Origin: an uncultured bacterium
GTDB taxonomy: Bacteria > Vulcanimicrobiota > Xenobia > Xenobiales > Xenobiaceae
Length of the DNA stretch: 64,000 nt
NCBI GenBank assembly: GCA_958366945.1
Contig: CATXCY010000002.1
Coordinates: 66,917 to 130,916 of the forward strand
Direction: 5' to 3'
Of this stretch, positions 50,817-58,717 are shown piece after piece. The first letter of the stretch is position 1; each line of letters starts with the position of its first letter. The notes under the pieces are model-generated. The model had not been told where the DNA came from, did not search any database, and was given only the letters and a program-made list of their open reading frames with translations. The position numbers and the translations under genes were made by a program.

Positions 50817-52694
50817 ATGAATTTTCAATCATTTGTTAAAAAATTCAGCGTTTTGTATGTGGTGATTTTCTTACTTATACCAACTCAGGAAGTTGATGCT
50901 GAGGGAATTTGGCGTGAGGTAAAGGGAAAAGATCGTACTCATGTTGTTAAAAGTGGCGAAAATCTGTATACCATAGCCAAAAATTATGGATTAGCTATTG
51001 AACATTTAGCTTTTGCCAATGGACGTGATCCTAACAATATCAATGTCGCTCCCGGTACATCATTACTTATTCCTGGACGTAGAGTTTTGCCTAGCAATCC
51101 TCCGGACAATGGGCTGGTAGTCAATTTGCCAGAGCGTGGTGTCTATCTTTTCCGCAATGGCTCTTTTGAAAAATTTTATCCTATCGCTATTGGTCAGCCT
51201 GGCAAGTTTGAAACTCCTACAGGTAGCTATACTATCGAATCGCGCACCAAAGATCCGGCTTGGTTCCCTCCTGCATGGTCTGGCTTAAAAGATGAAGTAG
51301 TGCCCGCTGGTCCAGACAATCCTTTAGGCGATCGTTGGATTGGCATAACTGCTCCAGGCATAGGCTTCCACTCTACTACTGCTCCTATGTCTATTGGTCA
51401 AGCCGTTTCGCACGGATGTATGAGAATGTACCCCAACTCTGTACATGAGCTTTTTGAAAAAGTGCAAGTTGGTTGGCCTGTACGTATCGATTATGAAGTA
51501 TCTAAAATAGGGTGTGATTATGATGAAGATCGCTATTATTTGGTAACATATCCCGATATTTACAAGAAAAATTCACTGACCAAATCGGTAAATAAAACTT
51601 TGCAAGATGTCGGCTTGTCTGTGGCTCCCGAAGATTTGAAGTATTTTGCTAAAACTGATGGCGTATGCAAAGAACTTTATGTTAGTGGTGTCAGCGTTTC
51701 AGTAGGTGCCCAGCGCTTGCGTGAATGGCCGATTGAGCCTTCTATGGTCGATGGAAGTATTTGGGGCTCTCCCAAAATTGCTGCGGCTGTCGGCTTAAAT
51801 GTAGAATGGGACAACGATAAACAAGTTGTTAAAGTAAGTCGCAATAAAGAAATTCTTTATTTCCCTGTCAACGACAACTATGTGCTCGACTTCAACGATG
51901 TGCCCGTAGGTTGTAAGGCCTGGGTGGCTGGCTCGGCCCGCAAGGTCGGCTCGGCAACTATTATTCCTTTGCGTCCGATTTTGCAAGCATTTAAAGTGCC
52001 CAACCAATGGATTGAGGAAGAACGCGAATTGCGTTTATCCGTATTGCCAAAAGTTAAAGCTAAGCCCAAAACCGCACAAGCTGTCCATAAAAATGGGGCG
52101 CCTACCGCCACAAAGCCTACTCCTAAGGCAGCGTCTACTCAACCTAAAGCTGCAGTCGAGCCTAAAGCTACCGAGCCTAAGATAGCGCCTACTCAGCCGA
52201 AAGCTGCAGTCGAGCCTAAAGCTACCGAGCCTAAGATAGCGCCTACTCAGCCGAAAGCTGCAGTCGAGCCTAAAGCTACCGAAGTAAAAGCTACCGAGCC
52301 TAAGGCAGCGCCTACTCAGCCGAAAGCTGCAGTCGAGCCTAAAGCTACCGAAGTAAAAGTTACCGAGCCTAAGGCAGCGCCTACTCAGCCTAAAGCTGCA
52401 GTCGAGCCTAAAGCTACCGAAGTAAAAGTTGCCGAGCCTAAGGTAGCGCCTACTCAGCCTAAAGCTGCAGTCGAGCCTAAAGGTGGAAAATACAGCTCTC
52501 CAAGTGTGCCTGCTCCTCCAGCCGTCAAATCTAGTGAGCAGCCAGCTTTAATTGTGCCCAAAGCCGCTCCTTTACCTGAGGAAAAAGATACCGATTTGGA
52601 AGACACTCAGGAAAAAGTAAAGTATCGCACTTGGCACAAGGCTCAGCAGCAAAATTTTATGCCTGAGCCGCAAAACGATATCGGTATCGATTAA
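50817..52694 (+). CDS. LysM + YkuD L,D-transpeptidase with a Cu-amine-oxidase-N-like domain and a Pro/Lys/Ala/Thr/Glu repeat tail
   Basis: LysM (HVVKSGENLYTIAKNYG) and the YkuD active site (GFHSTT...SHGCMRM). A stalk-like domain is followed by PTQPKAAVEPKATE repeats. Confidence 0.85.
   Translation: MNFQSFVKKFSVLYVVIFLLIPTQEVDAEGIWREVKGKDRTHVVKSGENLYTIAKNYGLAIEHLAFANGRDPNNINVAPGTSLLIPGRRVLPSNPPDNGLVVNLPERGVYLFRNGSFEKFYPIAIGQPGKFETPTGSYTIESRTKDPAWFPPAWSGLKDEVVPAGPDNPLGDRWIGITAPGIGFHSTTAPMSIGQAVSHGCMRMYPNSVHELFEKVQVGWPVRIDYEVSKIGCDYDEDRYYLVTYPDIYKKNSLTKSVNKTLQDVGLSVAPEDLKYFAKTDGVCKELYVSGVSVSVGAQRLREWPIEPSMVDGSIWGSPKIAAAVGLNVEWDNDKQVVKVSRNKEILYFPVNDNYVLDFNDVPVGCKAWVAGSARKVGSATIIPLRPILQAFKVPNQWIEEERELRLSVLPKVKAKPKTAQAVHKNGAPTATKPTPKAASTQPKAAVEPKATEPKIAPTQPKAAVEPKATEPKIAPTQPKAAVEPKATEVKATEPKAAPTQPKAAVEPKATEVKVTEPKAAPTQPKAAVEPKATEVKVAEPKVAPTQPKAAVEPKGGKYSSPSVPAPPAVKSSEQPALIVPKAAPLPEEKDTDLEDTQEKVKYRTWHKAQQQNFMPEPQNDIGID
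52131..52482 (+). repeat. In-frame tandem repeats (2 x 54 bp, 3 x 69 bp, 1 partial) inside the L,D-transpeptidase gene
   Basis: Units start at 52131, 52185, 52239, 52308, 52377 and 52446. The 69-bp units equal the 54-bp unit plus a 15-bp insert (gaagtaaaag(c/t)t(a/g)cc). Units differ by only 0-4 nt. Confidence 0.95.
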
Positions 52695-52727
52695 ATTATT
52701 CTATCTTTTTGTGGAGTTGAATAAATT

Positions 52728-53252
52728 TTGTTTTCAAAAAAAAGCTTTTGCCAAATAATTCTAGGCACTTCTTTGCTGTTGTCGGCTTGTACTGGCACAA
52801 CTTCAGACGGCCCTAATCCTGGTGCTATTGTTCCTGGCCAAGGAGTCAGAGAAGTTGTTCTCTTCGATACCCAAGATAAAGTAGAAAAAAACTTGGGACA
52901 GCCTGAAACTGTCACTAAAAATCCTTTCAATCCAGGTAATGTAATTGTTCAGTACCCTTCTAAAGGTTTGGAAATTTCTTATTTGGATGGAACTGTTGGC
53001 AGCATTTTACTTTATTCTGCTGGACCTAAAGACGGCGTCACTTGGCAAACTTATCAAGGTTCTACGGCCGAAGGCTTGTGGCCTGAATCTAGCTTAAAAA
53101 CTGTAAAGTCTAAGCTTGGACAGCCTCTAAAAGAACTGCCTCAAGCGATAGTTTATCCCGGTTTGTGGATTCGTTTAGATTCTAAAGGCCAAATAGAAAG
53201 CTTCAGTATAAGCAAAGATGAAGCCAACCAATTAAAAGAACTGGGCGATTAA
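52728..53252 (+). CDS. Lipoprotein, function unknown
   Basis: Lipobox LLLSAC after a short basic N-terminus. TTG start with GGAG 12 nt upstream. An A8 tract lies at codons 3-6. Confidence 0.6.
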   Translation: MFSKKSFCQIILGTSLLLSACTGTTSDGPNPGAIVPGQGVREVVLFDTQDKVEKNLGQPETVTKNPFNPGNVIVQYPSKGLEISYLDGTVGSILLYSAGPKDGVTWQTYQGSTAEGLWPESSLKTVKSKLGQPLKELPQAIVYPGLWIRLDSKGQIESFSISKDEANQLKELGD

Positions 53253-53270
53253 GTTTAGAGCATAGGCCCA

Positions 53271-53319
53271 CAAAAAAAGGCACAGCTTCTTCTCCATTTG
53301 TGAGTAAGAGGCTGTGCCT
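53271..53319 (-). terminator. Rho-independent terminator of the TPR gene
   Basis: ggcacagcttct (53279-53290) pairs with agaggctgtgcc (53308-53319). The A7 at 53272-53278 gives a T-run on the minus strand. Confidence 0.7.
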
Positions 53320-53347
53320 TGTCGATCTATAAAATAGTTAGATTTCC

Positions 53348-53905
53348 TTAAGCTTTAGTTAAAGCATCTAAATCATGCTTAGCATAAGCGTTATTGGGAT
53401 CGAGCTCTAAAGCTTTTTTCAAACTCTCAATAGCTTCTTCTGTTTTGCCCTTTTGAGCCATGACGTTGCCGCGCAAATAGTGAACCATGCTATTATCGTT
53501 ATCTAAACCGGAAGCTTGGACAAGTTGCTCGAGAGCCAAATCTAAATAGGCTCCTCCTTTTTGGGCATAGAGGTTGGCTAACATAATCCAGCCGTCGATA
53601 TTCATATAATTTTCGCGTAAGCTTTTTTGAATAAAATCTACAGCAGGGTCTATGAAACCGGCGGTACCATAAATTTCGGCCAACTTGTAAAGCACTTCCG
53701 CGTCACGCGGATCAAACTTATAAGCTTCGGTGAATTCTTGAACAGCTTCTTTTATTTCTCCGGCTTCGTAGCAACGCTTGCCACGTTCGCGATGAAGCTC
53801 AGCCATGCGATAATGTTCGTTACTCATTGTCATAGCACAATTACCTTCTACTGCAGAGTATTTCTCCAGCTCCTGTTTCTGCCATAATTGGCCAGAAACC
53901 TCCAC
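53348..53905 (-). CDS. TPR-repeat protein
   Basis: Four to five 34-aa TPR-like units (for example AVQEFTEAYKFDPRDAEVLYKLAEIY and AIESLKKALELDPNNAYAKHDL). Confidence 0.8.
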   Translation of the reverse strand: MEVSGQLWQKQELEKYSAVEGNCAMTMSNEHYRMAELHRERGKRCYEAGEIKEAVQEFTEAYKFDPRDAEVLYKLAEIYGTAGFIDPAVDFIQKSLRENYMNIDGWIMLANLYAQKGGAYLDLALEQLVQASGLDNDNSMVHYLRGNVMAQKGKTEEAIESLKKALELDPNNAYAKHDLDALTKA

Positions 53906-53921
53906 AAAAGCTCAATATCGG

Positions 53922-54992
53922 TTACTTTCTGCTAGCTACTCCTTGAGTTGTTTTGCCAAAATCAAGCCAGTGATTAGCATCAATCCATTCGATGGTCTTT
54001 TGAGCCCAATAAGCATGGACTTTATCATTAGGATGATTTTGTGGTTGTCTGGCAACGCGATATTCTGGCCCGTTGAACCTAAAATTGCCTATATTGACGA
54101 CACCTTGAAGCTCTGGCGCTCGCTCACCTGGCATTATAGGATCCATATCAAAAATGGCCAGGCGAACTCGGTGGCGTTTGGCAGTAGCTTCCATTTCTTT
54201 AATAAGTGCTGCTGTAAGTTTGCGGTATTTCATCTCTTGTTGCTCAGGAGATTGTCTTTGCTCCAGTTTGTAAAGAGCCAAGTAGTAATAGTAACGTATA
54301 AAACTATAGGCTGAAGAGCTAAGAGAGGCGAAATTATCTAAAGTATAATAAGGGCGAGTATGTAAACGACCAAAAAGATCAAATTCGGCATAAGGGCCCA
54401 GACGATACTTTTGGTTAGGAGCTGGCAATAAATGTAATTTAGCGCTGCGTGGGCCGTGATCTCTAATATAAAAATAGATGACGCCGTCATAATGGCGCTG
54501 TTCCAACCAATATTGCATAGTTAGCAAACATTGGTAAGTACCATAACCTTTGACGCCAAAGTTATCAAAACGAGTGCGCGGATAATGCTTATTTAGTAAC
54601 CAAACTAAAGTTTGCTCGTCGGCTACTCCCATGCCGAAAGTTTGTGAGCAGCCCACGACTAAAACGCGTGAATCATAATCAGTCTTTTCGCTGCTCCAGC
54701 TGCGGCGTGAAGTGTCAGCGTTAGTATTTTCCAAGACGTTGGGATCTTCTTTGGAAATGACGCTGCCGCGCACGGAAATATGATCAGTCAATTTTAACCA
54801 ATCATAAAGCGGATCTGAATCGCAACGGGCTAGGACGCTTTGCGGATAGTAGCCGTGCGCTCGCAAATATACTTCGGCTTGCAAAAAAAGAAACAGAGCA
54901 AAAACTATAACTAAGTAAATGACTCTTTTAAAACCGCAGCTGGGGGCCAGGCCGCGCCGCCAATTTATGTCAGAGAAATTAATTTTAAACAT
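53922..54992 (-). CDS. Membrane-anchored SGNH/GDSL-like hydrolase candidate
   Basis: N-terminal TM. Block-I-like VLVVGCSQTFG (GCS instead of GDS) and block-V-like NHPNDKVHAYWA near the C-terminus. Confidence 0.4.
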   Translation of the reverse strand: MFKINFSDINWRRGLAPSCGFKRVIYLVIVFALFLFLQAEVYLRAHGYYPQSVLARCDSDPLYDWLKLTDHISVRGSVISKEDPNVLENTNADTSRRSWSSEKTDYDSRVLVVGCSQTFGMGVADEQTLVWLLNKHYPRTRFDNFGVKGYGTYQCLLTMQYWLEQRHYDGVIYFYIRDHGPRSAKLHLLPAPNQKYRLGPYAEFDLFGRLHTRPYYTLDNFASLSSSAYSFIRYYYYLALYKLEQRQSPEQQEMKYRKLTAALIKEMEATAKRHRVRLAIFDMDPIMPGERAPELQGVVNIGNFRFNGPEYRVARQPQNHPNDKVHAYWAQKTIEWIDANHWLDFGKTTQGVASRK

Positions 54993-55021
54993 ATACCCAA
55001 AAACTTAAGTTGGCGGCGCGG

Positions 55022-56686
55022 TTACAAGGCATGCGTCTCAAGGGGCCAGGCCAGCTCTATACCGTGTTCGACCAATTCATTTTGGAATAAACGCCTTTTT
55101 TCTGTATTAGCGTGTAATTGGCCGGGCTTGATATGTTCGGCTAAGCAATAAGCGGCACACAGAGCGGCCGATTCACCTACATTCCATTCCACCGGATGGA
55201 GGCGATAACAGCCGTTAGTTATGTGAGTAACGGAAAGATTTTTGCCTCCAGCTAAAAGATTTTCCGTATTTTGAGGGATGAGAGCGCCTAAAGGTATCTG
55301 GAAAGGCAAGGCGCTTACATCTATATAGTTATCGCCTGCAGTAGAAGGATGTAAATCTAGACGATAGGCACCTATACCTACGCTGTCGGCAAAATCGGCC
55401 GCTTTAACTTGAGCATCACTTAAGCCTGTAATAGCTTGGCGGGCTTCTAAGCTGACATGTTGTTCCAACACTGTGAAGAGGCCTTTCAGACGTCGTGATT
55501 CTCTGATGTAAGGAGCGGCCGCCAAGCCGTCGGAAGTTTGGGTAATATCTGGACGCAAGGCCAAGCCCGGCCAACCCGTTTTACCGTCAGCGCGAGGAGC
55601 TTCTGTTTGCATCCAATAAAGCATACTTAAGCTCAGTTGCCTGGCCCCTTCCAAGTGTTTTTGTTTTTCTGCCTCAGGCACGTCGATAACATTGCCTAGC
55701 AAATAATCTATTTGCGGCCAATTGACCAATACTATATCGGAAGTACCCTGAGGATAATTAAAATTGGCCGCACAAGAGATGCGACGGAAAGTCCACAAAT
55801 CCATAGGGCCGCGTTCTGGCTGGGGATGGATTGGATGAAAAGAGCGCACTACCGGTTGTAAAGTAATAGGATGGGTAGCTTGCCAAGATAGTAAAGGGCC
55901 GCCCCAACTCGGATTTACGTCAGGAATGTAAGAACGCCAAAAATAATAATCTTTAGGCTTGGCTATGACACTATCTCTGTTAGGTTGATAATCGATCACA
56001 AAACACCAGGAAATAGCTTGCTGATTTTGTGGGTTGGCCTTTAAGGGAGCATGGGGCTCTTGAGTTTCGCTTTGAGCCTCGCTGCCGATAGAATAATCTG
56101 TGCCTGTAAGAGGCAGTAAATCTCCAGTTTCGGTAGCATCAATAAAGTAAGGAGCAATTATACGATAAAGTTTGGAGTTGCCGTCAACTTGCTTCTGAGC
56201 TACAGTTACAGAAATAATTTTATTGCCTTGTTTTTCGGCGTGAATAGGATCGCTATGCAATAATACGGCCAACTGACCAGAACTAATGTAAGGGCGCAAA
56301 ATAGCTTCAATAACAGCAGAGCTGACGGCCGGTTCATGACATAAAGCGGAAACGCAACCTTCGCCTGGATTGAGTCTTTCCCAACGAGCTAAAGCTTCGG
56401 CTTTTAAAGGGTACCATTGGCGATAATAAGAGCGCACATATTGACGGAATTGGCGATACGATTGGGTAGATCCGCAACTTTCAATCCAAGGATGCTCGTC
56501 AGGAGGCACCGCTTGGGAAGTAAATTGACCGCCCAAACGATCGTAGGTTTCCGTAATAACTACTTTTAAGCCTCGGCGCAAAGCAGCCCAGGCAGCGGCA
56601 AAACCGCCTGTACCTCCGCCTATAATGGCCAATTGACAATCTAATTGAACATTTTCTTGATTGGGACAGAGCGTTGAGGCGATCAT
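55022..56686 (-). CDS. FAD-dependent oxidoreductase (FAD_oxidored/PF12831-like)
   Basis: N-terminal dinucleotide motif LAIIGGGTGGFAAAWAALRRGLKVVITE followed by GGQFTSQ. Confidence 0.7.
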   Translation of the reverse strand: MIASTLCPNQENVQLDCQLAIIGGGTGGFAAAWAALRRGLKVVITETYDRLGGQFTSQAVPPDEHPWIESCGSTQSYRQFRQYVRSYYRQWYPLKAEALARWERLNPGEGCVSALCHEPAVSSAVIEAILRPYISSGQLAVLLHSDPIHAEKQGNKIISVTVAQKQVDGNSKLYRIIAPYFIDATETGDLLPLTGTDYSIGSEAQSETQEPHAPLKANPQNQQAISWCFVIDYQPNRDSVIAKPKDYYFWRSYIPDVNPSWGGPLLSWQATHPITLQPVVRSFHPIHPQPERGPMDLWTFRRISCAANFNYPQGTSDIVLVNWPQIDYLLGNVIDVPEAEKQKHLEGARQLSLSMLYWMQTEAPRADGKTGWPGLALRPDITQTSDGLAAAPYIRESRRLKGLFTVLEQHVSLEARQAITGLSDAQVKAADFADSVGIGAYRLDLHPSTAGDNYIDVSALPFQIPLGALIPQNTENLLAGGKNLSVTHITNGCYRLHPVEWNVGESAALCAAYCLAEHIKPGQLHANTEKRRLFQNELVEHGIELAWPLETHAL

Positions 56687-56803
56687 TTTTATAAAACTCC
56701 TTGGGCTTTAGCTGAGTTGTTTGCCTATAGTTGGCAAAAGCCCAGAGCTCTTCGCTTTATCTATGGTGAATACCGCCTTTATCTCCATTAAAGAGAGGAA
56801 AAA

Positions 56804-56849
56804 GCGAAAAAAATCCGCTTGAGTTAGTAAAAACGAACTCAAAGCGGAT
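56804..56849 (-). terminator. Rho-independent terminator of the antiporter gene
   Basis: atccgcttgagtt (56813-56825) pairs with aactcaaagcggat (56836-56849), with a 1-nt bulge. The preceding A-run gives T7 on the minus strand. Confidence 0.7.
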
Positions 56850-56890
56850 CTTGTTTTATTAGTCAGAGATAACTGAGCTAGAGTTATACA

Positions 56891-58708
56891 CTACTGAGCT
56901 GGTGCCGGAGTGGAAGTGTCCGGCTTTTGTGTAGGTTCTTGCTTAGAAGAAGCTGTCTCAACTGTTCCTTTCTTGCTCGAATTGCGCACTAAGATTGGAC
57001 TATATTGCTTGGTACGCACATCTTGAATAAATTCATCGATAGTTACATCTTTAACTTTCAACAAAATCATAATATCACGCATCATAGTCAGACTAGCTTC
57101 GTATTCCGGCACTAAAGCTTCGCTGCAACCGTGTTTAACTAGCTCTTTCATGTGCTCCAAACTGCGGGCCCTGGCCATTACTTTGAGCTTAGGATTGATA
57201 GTATGGACAGCTTCTTGCACCATGGTTGAATCGATAGGATCCGGAATAGTAATAATGAGCAAAGCTGCTTTGTCTAAGTCTGCAGCTTTCAATAAATCGG
57301 TAGAAGTAGCGTTGCCTCCAATAACAGCATAGCCGTCTTCTTTGGCTTTTTTGACGCGTTGAGGATGAGATTCGATTATTAAAATTGGCGTAGAATTGGG
57401 GATAGCTTCAGCTAAGAAGCTGCCCATATAACCGTAACCTACTATAACTACATGATCTTTGAAGCCAACCTGAGGCATAGGAATACTGTTGGAAGGTTTC
57501 GTTTTGGTGCGCTTTCTCCACCATTGGTAGATAGGATCGGCCATATTGGCAAAAAGCGGAGTTATAGCAATAGTAATAGCGGCTACAGTAATGCACAGTA
57601 AATAAATATCTTGGCTAATACCTTGGCTGGAAATACCAGTGCGAGCCAATACGAAGGCAAATTCACCGACTTGGAACATGTAAAGTCCTACGGCAATAGG
57701 CATAATATTGACGTAACCGAATAAGCGGGTGGTGATGCCAAAAATAAGTACTTTACCTACTAAAAGCACGCCTATGGTGATAGCAATTAAGCCCCAGTGG
57801 TTGATGACAAATTGAGGCTGAATCAACATACCGACAGAGCAGAAGAAGAGTAAGGAAAACAAGTCTCGCAAAGGAGTAATTTCACTTAAAGCGTGATGGC
57901 TAAATTCCGAACGAGAGAGAATCATACCCGCTAAGAAAGCGCCAAAAGCGAAGGAAAGTCCGATAGCGTAAGTAAGCAAGCCTAAGCCTAAACCAAAGGC
58001 TAAAACTGTTACCATAAAGAGTTCGCGAGAGCCCAGAGCGGCAATTTTGGCAATGAATTTAGGAACAGCTGGAGATCCAATAACTACAACTGCAGCAATT
58101 AAGATCACCGATTTAACTATAGCCATGCCCAAAATATCCAAGCCTTGACTTAAATTGCTCAATTCGGGCAATAAAATCAACATGGGGATAACGGCTAAGT
58201 CTTGGACAATAAGTATGGCAGTCATGACTTGGCTAGATAAAGTACCGGTTAGCCCTTTTTCACCTAATATTTTCAGAACTACCATAGTACTGGAGACGGA
58301 GATAATACACCCGAACCAAATGCAATGTACCCAATTCCAGCCGAAACAAGCTCCTAAGCCATAGCCTAAACCTACGCAAGCCAAAATTTGTATAGGCGTG
58401 CCGATTAAAGCAATTTTTTTAACAGGCGATAACTTTTCAACTGGAAATTCTAAGCCAGCGCTAAAAAGCAACAGAGCTACGCCTATATCGGCTAAAACTT
58501 CGATTTGTTCTACATAAACTACTTTAGGGCCCATAGTATTGGGGCCAATAAGGATACCTGCCACAATATAGCCCAAGAGGGCGGGCATTTTTAAACGCTG
58601 GGCGATCAATCCGCAAACCAGCGCTACGACGACGATTTGTACAATATCTCCGGCTATTCCCACTGAATTGTCCTTTTGTATAGAATTTTTGGCTTTGACA
58701 CACAACAA
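56891..58708 (-). CDS. CPA2 monovalent cation:proton antiporter (Kef-type) with a C-terminal RCK/TrkA-N domain
   Basis: About 12 TM Na_H_exchanger-like core (LLGYIVAGILIGP), then a Rossmann motif HVVIVGYGYMGSF. Confidence 0.85.
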   Translation of the reverse strand: MLCVKAKNSIQKDNSVGIAGDIVQIVVVALVCGLIAQRLKMPALLGYIVAGILIGPNTMGPKVVYVEQIEVLADIGVALLLFSAGLEFPVEKLSPVKKIALIGTPIQILACVGLGYGLGACFGWNWVHCIWFGCIISVSSTMVVLKILGEKGLTGTLSSQVMTAILIVQDLAVIPMLILLPELSNLSQGLDILGMAIVKSVILIAAVVVIGSPAVPKFIAKIAALGSRELFMVTVLAFGLGLGLLTYAIGLSFAFGAFLAGMILSRSEFSHHALSEITPLRDLFSLLFFCSVGMLIQPQFVINHWGLIAITIGVLLVGKVLIFGITTRLFGYVNIMPIAVGLYMFQVGEFAFVLARTGISSQGISQDIYLLCITVAAITIAITPLFANMADPIYQWWRKRTKTKPSNSIPMPQVGFKDHVVIVGYGYMGSFLAEAIPNSTPILIIESHPQRVKKAKEDGYAVIGGNATSTDLLKAADLDKAALLIITIPDPIDSTMVQEAVHTINPKLKVMARARSLEHMKELVKHGCSEALVPEYEASLTMMRDIMILLKVKDVTIDEFIQDVRTKQYSPILVRNSSKKGTVETASSKQEPTQKPDTSTPAPAQ

Positions 58709-58717
58709 AACAAGCCG

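Noticed and set aside
52131-52482. Possible CRISPR array
   Set aside because: The repeats are directly abutting with no spacers, are in frame, and encode a Pro/Lys-rich peptide repeat within a continuous CDS.
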